A stretch of DNA of 63,855 bases, filler included, from Reclinomonas americana ATCC 50394 (lineage: Eukaryota), in the NCBI GenBank assembly GCA_048213135.1. It is 14 parts of 14 records of this genome, joined end to end, with 100 filler letters (N's around TTAATTAATTAA, not from the genome) between each part and the next. Parts side by side here need not be neighbours in the genome. Positions count along the whole stretch, not along the records: positions 44,065 to 50,514 come from AFZH01017325.1; positions 50,615 to 58,881 come from AFZH01017326.1; positions 58,982 to 61,889 come from AFZH01017331.1; 11 more parts are not named here. One strand, 5' to 3'. Shown here in pieces: positions 46,150 through 59,215 of the stretch (the stretch's first letter is position 1; the number at the start of each line of letters is the position of its first letter). Under the pieces are notes generated by a model that was not told where the DNA came from, did not search any database, and saw only the letters and a list, made by a program, of their open reading frames with translations. The position numbers and the translations under genes were made by a program.

Positions 46150-48231
46150 GAACAAGAACAAGCAGAGAATGAAGAAGTAAAAGAACGAGAAGAAGAGGAG
46201 GAGGAGGAAGACGAAGGGGCGTAAGGAGGATATATACAAGAAGGAGTTGGAAGAGGAGGAGAATCAGGGAGAGGGGAACGAGTGGAAGAAGAAGGAACAA
46301 ACACATCATGTAGGAGAAGAAGCAGAGGAAGCAGAAGAAGAAGAAGCAGCAGCAGAAGAAGAAGAATAAAGTGGAACGAGGAGATGGTAAGAACAGATGA
46401 AGCTGAAGACGAAGGAAGACATATTGGAGATGGAGGAGAAGAAACAGAAAGAGGGGAATGAAGAGAGAGGAAGCTTAAGTAGAACGAAGAGGAGACGAAC
46501 AACAAGAACAAGTGGACCATGAAGAAGTAGAACAAAAAGAACTCCAGACGCAACAACAACGCGACACCGCTCTGCCGTATCCGGTGTGTTCATGGCCGTC
46601 ATGGCAATGACAGGCACGAGGCAAATTGGGGAGGCGTAATTGCGGCGGATGCGCTCCGTCGTCTCCCACCCGTCCATACTCGACATCTCAATGTCCATAA
46701 AGATAATGTCGATGGGCCAGTTGTGCGTCAGCAATTGCAGCGCCTCGGTGCCATTCTTTGCTGACATGACCTCGCAACCCATGCGCTCCGTGTGCCGACT
46801 CAGCACCTTGCGATTCATGTTGTTGTCCTCCACAATGACGACTCGCGGCTGCCGACGCCACGTCGACCATCGTTCCTCCTGTACCCGATCCGCCGCTTCA
46901 GCAACAGAGAAACAAGGCACGTGCCTGCGAGAATACAAACCGAGCCGCTGATATTGTCCGTGTTCGATGGCGACGCAATGGAACCCTGATTCTCAAACGT
47001 GGGCGTGCACACATTGCGCGGGACCATGGCGCCAGCATCCAGCACAAACACCTCCATGTGCTCGGCGCCAAACGTCAACTGCATCGCCTTCCATGAGTCA
47101 CCCGCGTACGAGACACAAAGACGCACCCTTCGAATTCTCCCTCACCTTGCGCGACGAAATGTGAATGGCCTCCGGCAGGTGCTGCTTGGTGGCACCAGTG
47201 ACCGCCACCTCACCACTGTGACACAGATTGCGCACCGCCAGCGCCGTGTTGACCGCATCGCCGCACACATCGAACGGCTTGCCGAGGAACACCACCAGAC
47301 GACTCGTGTGCACCACCGCGCGCACGGGCAAATTATGCCGCACTCCCGACGCCACAAACTGCTTGGCCACCGACAGCGCAATGCACGCATCCTTGCTGAT
47401 ATCCTTGCCCGTCGGCTGCCGATGCATCGCCGTGCATCCGATCCACCGACCGCACGCACCACGAACACGCGTCATGCCATTGACCTCGCCGATCGAGTTG
47501 AGATCGGCCTGCAGCGCGGCCAGAGCACGCGACAACGGCATCGGATCCCACTCCTTCACCACGCCCTCAAAGTCCGACACATCTGCCGCCACCACCGTCA
47601 CGCTCTCAAACACCTGCACAACACATAAGTCAGAGTGAGCTCGGAAATCATCGCTTTCTGTGTGTGTGCACACCTCAAAGAACAGCATGCGAGACATGTC
47701 AACACTGCCGGCACTGGTGCTCTCGCCCTGCCCGGGGAACCACCCAGTGGAGCTATCACGCGACGAGTGCACCGGCTTGATCCGCTGTCCTTGCCTTCAC
47801 ACACACACGCACAGAAGTCAGTCAACTGCCTGTGCACAAAAGACAACTCTGAGTGCGCGCAACTGTGATCCCTGCGTGCCTCCTCCCAGTGGCTTCCACC
47901 GTCTCCGCGAGGGTGCAACAGCGTCCTTTTCACCACTGTTCTTTGTCAGCGTGCCCTCTCGCGGAAGAGTCGTTGTCGGCATTTCGATTTCAGAGGCCGA
48001 CGACGACGACGGCGACGAGGACGCGGGAGAGGACGCCTCTTGCTGTTGTTGTTTGTGCTTGCGACGGTGTCTCTTGTGACGTTGGTGGCGACGGCGACGG
48101 CGACGGCGTCGACGTTCCTCTTCCTCGGAGAACTCGTCCTCGTCGCCCGTGAGAACGTCGTCGTCGTCCTCGTCGTCGTCGTACATCGAGTCGGTTTCGG
48201 TAAAGTCGGGCGTCGACGAGCAGCGACCCAT
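44747..48231 (-). CDS. Signalling protein: degenerate class III nucleotidyl cyclase domain plus two response-regulator receiver domains
   Basis: FESVTVVAADVSDF...FDVCGDAVNTA; REC1 VVIVEDN..IIFMDIEM..DG..VIAMTA..GMQDFAPKPV; REC2 VLVCDEQ..AFIDLSM..GFTDLIHKPV. Confidence 0.8.
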
Positions 48232-48423
48232 TTTTCTCTGCGCTGGGTGATCTTTTCTCGTCACGCGCTCCAATCAAAAGAAAAAACCGCTTTATGTTCT
48301 TTCGGACAAATCAACGGTCGCCGCTTGCACGGTTCATTCGACACAAAAAAGGCTTCAGAGGAGAAAGTGTGTGTCTGCTACAGAGAGGGAGAGAGAAATG
48401 GCCTTGCGGGGTGGTGCTGGCGC

Positions 48424-51209
48424 TCACTTGGATCCGCTCAGCTCGCGCACCATATTGTGACCGAGAGTGTCAAAGTTGAACTTGGTGCCGGTGATTGGCA
48501 GTCTCCTTCGCAGTGCCTTGAATGTGTCGTTGAGCTGGTTGCCGAGTGCGTCCTCCACCTCGGCCAGGAAGCTACCCTCCACCTCGCTGATTCCTCGGAT
48601 GACCCCGTCAGCCGACTGGGTAGCAATACCAAAAGACAAAAACAGGTTAGTTCGGAGAATTGTTCTTGAAATTGGTTGGCGGCGCAACTGAGGGATCGAC
48701 TTGCACCGTGGCCTCCTTCTTCGAGGTCAGCTGCACGTTGCTGTCCTCAAAGTAGTGTGACTGCACCTTGAGCAGACCCGACGCCGCGCCGCTGCTCAGG
48801 TTGATGCTCCATACCGAGCGCCACTTGCCGGTACTGTGTGTGTGCGGGAGAGAGAAGTGAGGAGAGAGAGAGAAACGCAGGTAGGAACTTGGTGATTGCA
48901 GGCGCCACGCAACAGGCAATTGGCAAAGTCCTCTCGAATCGCCGAGATCACCACATACACGTTCTGGCCGTCGGCCGAGATCGCCGTCGAGCCGGCGCCC
49001 AGCGGATACATCGACTTGGTGTACTTGTCGACCGCTGTTTGCAGGGCGGAGCTGGAGGGGTGGAAAGGGGAAAGGGATGAGTAAATGGGGAGGGAGGGGG
49101 GGAAAGAAAGAGAGCGATATATTTGAGATATGAGTGCAAGAGAAGGAGGAGAGTGAAGCTCAAATGGCAAGAGAGGAGACAACAGTGTACGGACCTCGCG
49201 TCACGCACACTCGCTCTTCCCTGCTCGGGAGAAAGAAAGCAAAAACAGGCAGGGACGAGCGAAGCACTGGTCTGAGCAACAAAACACACACAAAAGATGC
49301 TGCAGAGAGGGCAAGCGACGACATGATCGTGAACATGGAGGCGAGGAGGAGGACGAGAGAGAGGGGGGAGAGACAAATGTGAGGAGGGATCGATCTGAAT
49401 TACTGCACACATGACATGGCAGAGAGTGCAAGCGACGACATGATCGTGAATAGGGAGGCGAGGAAGAGGAGGAGGAGAGAGAGGGGGAAATGAGAGAGAG
49501 GAGACGACCAATGAAAGCGAGAGTTGGAATCGGTCATTGAGAATAGATGTATGATGGGCGACGATGCGCACATTTCCACTGCATGCATCGAGCATACTAA
49601 ATCAATCGCCTGCACGAGTATGACATGGACGAGAGCTGAAACGGAGAACAAGACGGTGGAGAACATGGGAAGATGTGCGACGATGTGTGCACGTTTGTGT
49701 TCGAGAGTTGGTGCGATCACGTATACTCAATCACTCCCTCGTCAGCGATAGAATGAGACGGACGAGAGCTGAAACGGGAAAGGAGAACAAAACACGGTGA
49801 CATCGTGCGTTCGAGTGTACGTGAGAGAAGAGCAAGTACCAAGCCTCTTTGCACTTCTCATCAGGTACGAGTAAGAGAGACGAGAGTACGAAGATGACAG
49901 CAGATGTGCGTACATGCGTGTGTGTGTTTGTGAGGATGCTGAAAATGATGGTGTGAAGCGCAAAAGAGAGACAAAGGACGCAAGGAGGAAGCTTCTCAAC
50001 CGCACACGCATCTCCATTCCAACAGTGCCTTCTCCCCCCACATAAAACAAGCCCCTCCCTAAGCGACGGAGACCTGCGCAACTCGCTCCTCTCCCAGTTC
50101 CTCGCACTCTCTCATTCTGTCTCTCACATCATGTTGCCTCTCGTTCACCCACCCCCTCCCTATTGCCACCCTTTCCCAATTGCCACCCATTCCCTTTTGC
50201 CACCCTTTCCCTATTGCCACCCTTTCCCTATTGCCACCCTTTCCCTATTGCCACCCTTTCCCTTTCGCCACCCTTTCCCTGTTGCCACCCTTTCCGTATT
50301 GCCACCCTCTCCTATTACCTTCCTATTGCCACCCTTTCCCTTTTGACACCCTATTGCCACCCTTTCCCTTGTGTCTCCCTTCTTCCTTACTCACCGCACT
50401 GCCTCCGCAGCCGCACCGCCAGGCACCTCGCCCTCACCCGCCGGACGCACACTCGCCGCAGTCTACACATGCACAAACACACACAAGCACACACACACAC
50501 ACACACACACACACNNNNNNNNNNNNNNNNNNNNNNNNNNNNNNNNNNNNNNNNNNNNTTAATTAATTAANNNNNNNNNNNNNNNNNNNNNNNNNNNNNN
50601 NNNNNNNNNNNNNNCACACACTACATAAGCCTCCCAAACACACACAACACTCTGACAACATCACAAGCAAGCAACGCAACACCCGTGAGTGGATCAAGTG
50701 TAATGATCTGCTTGCCAGCGAAATCCACAAAGTCCGTGCCATGCGCATAGCTGAACCGCGACAGAACCACCTATCACACACCCACCACCAAAACCATCAG
50801 TAAACAGCAATGAAAAGCACACTCTTTGTCAGAGAAGAGACCTTGCGTCCATCAGGCAGCTGCACAATCGACAAGTGCTCCGTGTGATACTCGCGCAGAA
50901 TGTTGCCCAAATGCCGCTCAAAGAACCCGTCATCCGCAATCAACACACGCACATCTGTGCACAAAGAGAGAGAGAGACACACATAATGAGAAGAAGAGTG
51001 TCATGTCCACACACACACACGCGCGGAAAAAAGAAAACACACTCGTCTTTTCTCTTTCTCTCTCCGCGTGCTTGCGTGCCTATGCACGTGTCTCTCTTCT
51101 TCTCTGCGCTGTGCTCACCATCAACCACCTGGCGCAGCTCGGCGTCGGGTGCTGAGAGGATGAGATGGCGCACAATGGCCAGGCGCCCCGCGTCGTCATG
51201 ATCCGCCAT
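48424..51209 (-). CDS. CAPZA: F-actin capping protein alpha subunit, multi-exon, spans a gap
   Basis: LSAPDAELRQVVDDVRVL, GKWRSVW, LKVQSHYFEDSNVQL, TFKALRRRLPITGTKFNF. Confidence 0.93.
50160..50370. repeat. 17-mer minisatellite TATTGCCACCCTTTCCC (~11 units) in a CAPZA intron
   Basis: Direct inspection. Confidence 0.85.
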
Positions 51210-51387
51210 TCTTCTCTGTGAGTGTGCTTGCTTGCGTGCTGTGCAATACACACACGCGCGCGTGAGATCGTGTAAGGCAAAGTGCGAGCGCGCGGACGAC
51301 GGCACCTCGAGATCCAACAAGCAGTCGGTTCGTCGGATGATGAAACACACACTTCATTTGTTTTGTGCGTGCGTGTGGGAGCGAATC

Positions 51388-52960
51388 ATGGCAAGTGCGG
51401 CAGAAGGTTTGTGCGTTGCATCTGGGGCGACTGCCACGTTCGCGTGTGTGTATGTGTGTGCTTTCCGCGCGCGCGTGTGTGATGAGTTGGCATGTCGCCA
51501 TGTTCTTCCTCACACACAGCAACAAGCGGCGAGGCCAGTGGCAGTGGCAGCAGTGCACCAGTGGTGGACGCGGCTGCAGTCGTCGACGACGAGGGTACGC
51601 TGTCTCTCTCTCTCTCTCTGATCAATGCTCATCTATTTCCTCTTGTGATCGATCACTCATGCATTGCACACATACAGATGTGGTCGTGGAGTCATCGGTG
51701 CAACTGGCGCAGTACTCGGTCGCCGGATCGCCTCTGCTGGGCGTGCCACCTCAATTCGCCGCCAGTGGCGAGTTGCGTTTGCTCACACCTCCCACCCATC
51801 GCCCAAGTGAGTATATTGACTGTGACCTCCCAACAAGGCTGTCGCTGGACGACCGCTTCTGGCTGTGCCGCAGCGTCGCTGTCGAGTGTATCAAGGACGA
51901 GGAATTGCGCACGCTGCTCGAGAAGAAACCGCATATTACGGCCTACGATGGGTTCGAGCCGTCGGGACGCATGCATCTGGCGCAGGGCGTGATGAAGGCC
52001 GTCTATGTCAATCGCCTCGGCCGTGCGGGCGTGAACTTTATTCTGTACGTTGCCGACTGGTTCGCGCAGCTGAATAACAAGTTGGGAGGCGATTTGGCCA
52101 AGATCCAGACGTGTGGGCGCTACATGGTGGAGGTGTGGAGGGCGTGCGGCATGAATCTCGACTATGTGCAGTTTGTGTCGAGCTCCGAGGCCATCAACTC
52201 GCGTGCTGGCGAGTACTGGCCGCTGGTGATGGACATTGCGCGCAAGAATACGGTGGAGCGCATCAAGCGCTGCGGGCAGATTATGGGACGCAAGGAGGAG
52301 GAAGGCATGTCGGCCGCGCAGATCCTCTACCCGTGCATGCAGTGCGCCGATATCTTTTTCCTCAAGGTTCTCACTCATTCTCCTCGCCCTCTCTTCCACC
52401 ACATTCATGCTCACTCCTCCCACCACACACACACACAGGCCGACATTTGCCAACTGGGCCTGGATCAGCGAAAAGTCAACATGCTGGCGCGCGAGTACTG
52501 CGACTCGATCAAGAGGAAGCTGAAGCCGATCATTCTGTCGCATCGCATGATGCCCGGTCTGCTGCAGGGCCAGGAGAAGGCCTCGAAGAGCAGCCCCGAC
52601 TCGGCCGTCTTCATGGACGACACGCCAAAGGAGGTCAACAAGAAGATCAACAGCGCGTGGTGCCCGGCCGGCGACGTCGCCAACAACCCCGTGCTGGACT
52701 ACGTGCATCACATGGTGTTCAACACCCTCGGCGTATTCGAGGTGAAGCGCGCGGCGGATCACGGTGGTGATCGTGTGTACGACAACTACGCAGAGGTGGA
52801 GGCCGACTTTGCCAGCGGCGCACTGCACCCTAAGGATCTGAAGGCCGGCCTGGCGGCCGCCATCAACCAGCTGTTGGCGCCGGTGCACCATCACTTTGAG
52901 ACGAACGAGGAGGCCAAGGCACTGCTGCAACGAGTGCGCAGCTTCAAGATCACGCGTTAA
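51388..52960 (+). CDS. TyrRS: Cytosolic tyrosyl-tRNA synthetase (plant/protist type)
   Basis: AYDGFEPSGRMHLAQG, ADWFAQLNNKLGGDL, YPCMQCADIFFLK-ADICQLGLDQRKVNMLAREY, KASKS, LHPKDLK. Confidence 0.96.
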
Positions 52961-53088
52961 CGAGTGAGAGCGCGCGCATGTGCGGTTTTTTGTTTCGTAA
53001 ACACGGATGAAGAAAAAATTGGCTATCACTTTTACAACTGGCGCGCGCGCTCGACACAACGCACAAACCCCTCGCACACTCTCATCGT

Positions 53089-56000
53089 CTAAAGTACCGT
53101 GCAGCATCCCCTGTGTCGCAGACGCTCGGCCTCCTGCTGCAAGTCGGTGAACTGCGTGCGCAGCTCGCCGAGTTCCTTGTCGCGCGTCGCCAGCTCCTCG
53201 CCACGCGCCCTCAGCTCGCGCTCCGCCGCCTCGGTCCGCTCACGCTGCTGGCGCAGTGCGTCCTCCGCTCGCTGCCTCTCCTCGGCAAGCTCGCGCTCAC
53301 GACTGTGCAACTGCTCCTCAATCACCACCATCGTGGCCTGCTGCTCCTGCAGGCGCTCCTCGCGGTGTCGCACCTCCACCTGCAGCTCTTGGATGGCGGA
53401 GTTGTCGTGCTGCGTGACCTCCTCGGTGACTGCGACGCAGGCGAGCAGTGAGAGACCTGACCAAAAGTGGGAAAAAAGAGACAAGTCGACGCACTCTTGG
53501 CTGTGGTGTGCGCCACGTGAGCCTGCAGTTCGCGCTCGCGCTCCAAGAACCTGTCCTCGTATTTCCGCTTCACCTCCTCCTTGGCCTGCTCGAACACGAC
53601 GTCGCGCTGCCGCCGCAGCTCCAGCGCCATGTCCTCCTCCATCTTGCGGCGCTCGTTCTCCACCGCGGACCTGAACTGGGCACGGAAGGCGGCGCGCTGA
53701 CTGCGTCGCTCGCGATCCAGCTCATCCTCCAGGTCCACCACAGTCAGTGCCGCCACCAGTGGCTTGTCAATGCACAGCAGTCGCACGGCTTCGGCAGCAT
53801 TGCATGTCAAGGCCTCCTCCGCAGTAAACGTCTCCAGCCACCGCTGCAGCTCCTCCAACGCCGGCCCGTCGGTGGGAGAGCCGTCGTCGAGCATGGCAGC
53901 AATTACACGCTGGAATGACTCCAGCGACAGGGGCGCGTTCTCGTCCTCCTCGTCGTCGTCGTCACCACTCGAGCCAGCATCGATCTCTGTGTGGGGGACG
54001 GGGAAAGAAAGTGAGCATCAAAGCACAGAGTGCAAACCAACAAAGGACAGGAGGCTCACCACCATCGGCGTCCGGCACGTCGACCTTGATGTCGACAAGC
54101 GATCGCGGTTCGGATGACGACGCACGGCGTGCCGGCTTGCTCGGCGACTCGCGAGGCAGGTACTTGCCGACCAGCTTGACAATGCGGCTCTCCACGTAGT
54201 GGCGGAGCCGCAATAGCAGCTGTCGCACACCGTCCAGCGCCAAGCGAGTGCGCCCAGTGAGGCTGTCTTGCATCTCGTCCTCGTACCGCGGTGCCAGTGA
54301 CTCGTCCCCGCCATTGCCACTACCACCGGCGACACCAACATCGTCAGTGGCCGCGGTGGGCGACTGGGCGTGGTGTGGCTGATCGGGTGCTCCATCGGCG
54401 GCCGGTGTCGACACGCGGTGCGACGGTGACTGCACGCTGCGCAGGTAGCTGTGCGTGGTGGAAGGAATCAGTGAGAAGACAGCGGCAAGGAGAGAAGCCT
54501 CTTGCGCCGCACCTTGACAACGCCGCCACACGCTCCTGCACGTCGAGCGGGAGGAGACCGCTCGCCCCGGCAGTGCCGAGGGACGCGCGTCGCTCCGTAA
54601 AATAGTGTTGCAACCAGCCGTGTCCGGCTTGTGTGACATCGGCCGACGGAAGGCCAAATGTGCGGCACATGAGAGCGAGCGAGAACTCGAGATTGTAGAC
54701 CAGTGCGCCGCGCAGCCGATGCACATGCTCATCTTCCTCGACCTCGCGCTCCGACTCCAGCTCCTCCTGTGTCAGCTCCATGATTTGCTTCTGCAGCGAT
54801 TGTGAGCAGATCCAACAGCATAGGCAGCACAGGGACAATCAATCACACACCGCCTCGCGTGCCTGTCGCACCGCGGAGAAGCGAGTGACAGCGGCAAGAA
54901 TGTACGCAGCCAGTGCCTCGGCTGCCAGCAGCGGATGCATGCGATCGGCTGTGCGCAAAAAGTGTGAGATAGAGGCATCGTTAAGTTGACATTTCACAGG
55001 CACGCACTCGTCTCAGCGCCGGAGAGCGGGGCGGCCACCTCTGGCCGCAGGTACTTGCTAGCGATGCGGTTCACGTCCACAATGCCACGCAGCTTCTCAC
55101 GCATGGCGACCACAAATGCGCGGTGATTACGAGTATCCAACTGTGATGCAGACGTGAGCAACAATGCGACCTCTGCAGATAAACGAGCGACGGGTGTCAA
55201 ACGCAAACCTCACGCGTGTACTCGGCATTTCGCAGCAGCTCCTCGTACTGCGCAATCTGGCGATCGCGATCAATAACATCGGCTCGCAACTCATCCTGTG
55301 TCACCACGCAGTGAGTGTCACAGCCGAGAAAACAAAGAGTTGACGAGAAAATCGCTGCACACCTCGGTTGTTTGCAACCAAGTAGTCAGATAGCGGTACG
55401 CGTCCTTGTATGCTGTGCGCGCAAGTATGGTGAGCGAAAGAGTCGCCCTGACTGAGTGTGGACACCAAGGGCGACGCAACTCTCTTGCACAACAGTGGCC
55501 GCATCGCTGGCCGACCGCACCAGATCGGCGTGCTCTCCCGTCATCAACTCCATTTGTGCACGCATATTGTCGAGCTCCCGCTGCAGACTCTCGGCCAAGA
55601 TCTTGTAGTCCACCTCCTGATTCTGCTCCGGGTGAATCACGACCGACATGCACCGCTGGCCGAAGCGCAGCGAACTGTGCGCGGAGGAGGAGAAGTGAGT
55701 TACCACTGCTGCTGCTTCTCTCCCTTTTCCGCACACTCACACACCTCAGTGTCTCCGAATGGAAGCGCTCCGTCGGCCCCACGCACAGTAGCAACGAGGT
55801 TCGCGAATTGCCACCGAGTGAGTCTTGCAGGAGGCGGGTCAGCTTGGAGTCGCGGAAAGGCACGTGCGTGCGACCGGTCTCGCCCAGTGCGTTGATGCAG
55901 ATGCCGAGGTACGTCAGCGACTTGTTGATGTGCGTGGCCTCGGTGAAGCGCGTGCCCTCCGCACCGCTCTTCTTCACACGCTCACTGCCGGCCAAGTCGA

Positions 56001-58047
56001 CAATCACCAGCTTGCCGACGAGACGGGCGCCGTTGAGCGAAGGTGGTCGGTCGGCCGACATGGCCAGGTGCTCCGGCAACGGCTCCTTGTCACTCTTCTT
56101 GACCATGATCTGGAAAATGGCGTGCGACCGCGACGACGCGGCGTTCATCCGCGTCTCCGCGTACACGATGCGATCACGGCCGGCAAACAGCAGCTCCATG
56201 ACGTCGGCACGCGCGCGCACCACATACTCCGACAGGCCCTCCACGTACACGCCGTGGGCGGGGTGCTCACGAATGTTGAGGTTTTCGTTTTTCGGCTTCA
56301 GCAGGTCGTTGATTTGCTCGTTGTAGATCTGCGGCGGGATGAGCACGGGCAGAGAATGGCAAGGAGGAGAAGCGGCAAGCATGAGCGCAACTTGCATGAA
56401 TGAGCACGTGACGAGGTACTCGTGGAACGGATCGCTCTCCATTTGCTGGAACAGGTCGTCGACAGCACGTGGCACGACACCGTTGACGTCGCTGCGTTGG
56501 GCGTCGACGTTGAGGAGGGAGTATGTTTTGCCGGCGCCGGTCTGGCCGTAGGCTGTGATGAGGGAAAGCGATGAGGGAAAGGGGGAAAGGAGGGGAAGTG
56601 GGAGCGTCAGAAGATCCCAAGGGGGTAACAACAAAGACGATAGAGAGTGTCGCTGAGAATTCGATATCAAGATACAGAAAGAGGGAGACAATGACCATTC
56701 TGCGAGTGAATGAAAGGGGAACACCACTGTCGCAGAGAACTCGCAAGATGGCAAGAGATTCGCAGTGCAGCACGGGGGGTACACCAGATGGAAAGAGTGC
56801 TGCAGAGAAACCGCGAGGGGAAGGTAGAGAAACAGGTGCACTCCAGAAGGGGAGGGAGTCTTGCAGAAAAGAGATTCACAACGCAGTACACAATGGAGTT
56901 GCAGCGATAGCAATCGACAACTCTGTGAGAGAAGAACGAAACAAATGTGACAGCGCGATTCTACAGCCTCGACACAAGAGAAAGACTCCATAAGCGATTC
57001 CCCCACTCAGCGGCTACACACAAGGAGGTGCACGCGGGACATAAAATTCGAAACCACGACGATTCCGCAGGCACGACACACAGCGATTCCACGGTTGCAC
57101 ACACACGCGACACAACACCCTCTGCCAATCCCTGCTCTCTCCTCCCTTCTTCTCTCTCCCTTCCATCTCCTCGATCAGTTGGACACTGCAATTCGCGAGA
57201 CAGCCATGACCCAGCAACCCCCCGCCGACGCACCCATGATCGTGGCATTGTAACCGTTGAGGATCGGCTCAAAGGTCGACTTGAGCGAGTTGAACACCTC
57301 CTCCTGCGTCGCCGTCGGGCCCAAACACATATCGAAATTGAACTCGCGCGCCTCCTCCAACGACATGCCATCCGGTCGCAATCGCAACTGAATGCAGACA
57401 GACGCACGTGTGTACGTGTGAGAGAGAGACACACACGCAGAGGGATAGTGAGGCATGCGCGCGTAACTGTGTGCCCATCCTCGCTAATCTCAATGCACGT
57501 GGCCTCCTCCACCTCACCGGGCCCGTTCGGTGGCCGGCACCGCAGAAACACCTGCACACACGCACACAAGAAGAACGAGTCACACACTGCGCGCGCACAC
57601 ACACACTCAAAGTGTGAGTGAGAGAGAAAGAGAAACAGACAGACCTTTACACGCGAGTCCATATCCGCAAGTGCCGACAGTTGAATCGCACCCTCCATCG
57701 CTGATCGACTGCGCTGTCGTCTGCAACACACACACACACAAGCACGCACACATGCGCGTTCAGTCACAAACACAAACACGCACTTTTGCCACTCTTTCTG
57801 CTCACCGCAACCCTGTCTTCCCTCCTCCTCCTCCTCCTCCACTGGCACCCGCTGCAGCAGAGGCGCCTGCAGTTGCAGGCACAGACGCAGACGACGATCC
57901 TCCACCTCCTGCAACTGTGGGCGGTGTGCTTGGTCGTGGACTGCTGGGAGGTGTGTTGCCTGCACTGCCTCCCGTGCCTGCAGTGGGCGGCGTGCGCGGG
58001 CGACCCATGTTGATGGGCGTGGTGCCGGATCGCGCGCGCGTGGACAT
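53089..58047 (-). CDS. Kinesin with N-terminal motor and long coiled-coil tail, multi-exon
   Basis: RVKVFLRCRP, GYNATIM-AYGQTGAGKTYSL (P-loop), QIYNEQINDLL, NAASSRSHAIF (switch I), VDLAGSER (switch II), HVPFRDSKLTRLLQDSLGG; first exon from MSTRARSG joins in phase 2; tail exon structure approximate. Confidence 0.9.
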
Positions 58048-59078
58048 GATTTTTTTGATCGTTGTGGTGGGACGACGACGGACTGGCAGGTGTTTGTCAT
58101 GCACGTGATCGAAGTGCATGTCAACCGAAGAATGCTCAACCAAACAAACAAACAGCGTTGTCGTATATATGATCAAGCGGCTGCTGGCATCTTGCTGTGC
58201 TGGCACCATTCGGGGGCTTTCGTTTTCCAGAACACCATGGGCGTACGCGTGTCGCGCAGCCAGTAAAAGTGTGCACCGCTGCGTACGGTGGTTGCTGGCT
58301 GGGATGTCGAGTCTGTACTTGTAGCCCTTGGCTTCGACGCGATCGACCACGTACTGGTTCGTCCGCTCGCCTTGGCCGGGAATCGCCCACGACGTCGACA
58401 GCACCATGCCGCACATGCATGGCGTGCACGTACGCGCCCTGAGCACCCGACTGTTTGTCTTTACGTTTGCTTCCCCACTGTCACCCCTTTTCTTTGGACC
58501 TGTATATTTCTGTGGGTGGCCATGGATGAACCGGTCCCACCCCTTCTCTTCGTCACAGGCGCCGATTGACGGCATGAAGCGAGTTTTGTGGAGACGGAGA
58601 AGGACATGTTGTGTGTTTGGTATACGTGCGTGTGTGTGTGTGTGTGTTTGTGTGCACGCTGCGTGTCTATATCTCAGGCTGAAGTAGATGTACAACTCTC
58701 AGTTTATGTTGATTGGTATTGATTGGTGTACATCACATTGGGGGGGGCGGGGGGGGGGGGGGGGGGAGAGGAGGGAGGGGTGGTGTCTTCCTACTATGTC
58801 GCGCGACGGCGGTCGGTCGGGCGACGCGGCCGGGTACGGGTACGTAGAAGAGAGAGAGGCGGCGGCGGACGCACGACGACGNNNNNNNNNNNNNNNNNNN
58901 NNNNNNNNNNNNNNNNNNNNNNNNNTTAATTAATTAANNNNNNNNNNNNNNNNNNNNNNNNNNNNNNNNNNNNNNNNNNNNGCGTCGTCGTACGACGACG
59001 ACCGACGACGACGTACGACGTACGACCGACCGACCGACCGTACGACGTACGACGACGACGACGTACGTACGTACGACG

Positions 59079-59180
<102 letters not shown>

Positions 59181-59215
59181 ACGACATGTGTGCACCAATC
59201 TCCACACCAACGCAC

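Noticed and set aside
45750..46560. Poly-Q/T/C/L ORFs, and similar ORFs at 19.9-20.9, 39.6-40.7 and 44.1-44.6 kb
   Set aside because: Microsatellite-rich introns or intergenic DNA within or between identified genes
51692..53107. 471-aa minus-strand ORF
   Set aside because: Antisense to TyrRS; a by-product of high GC3
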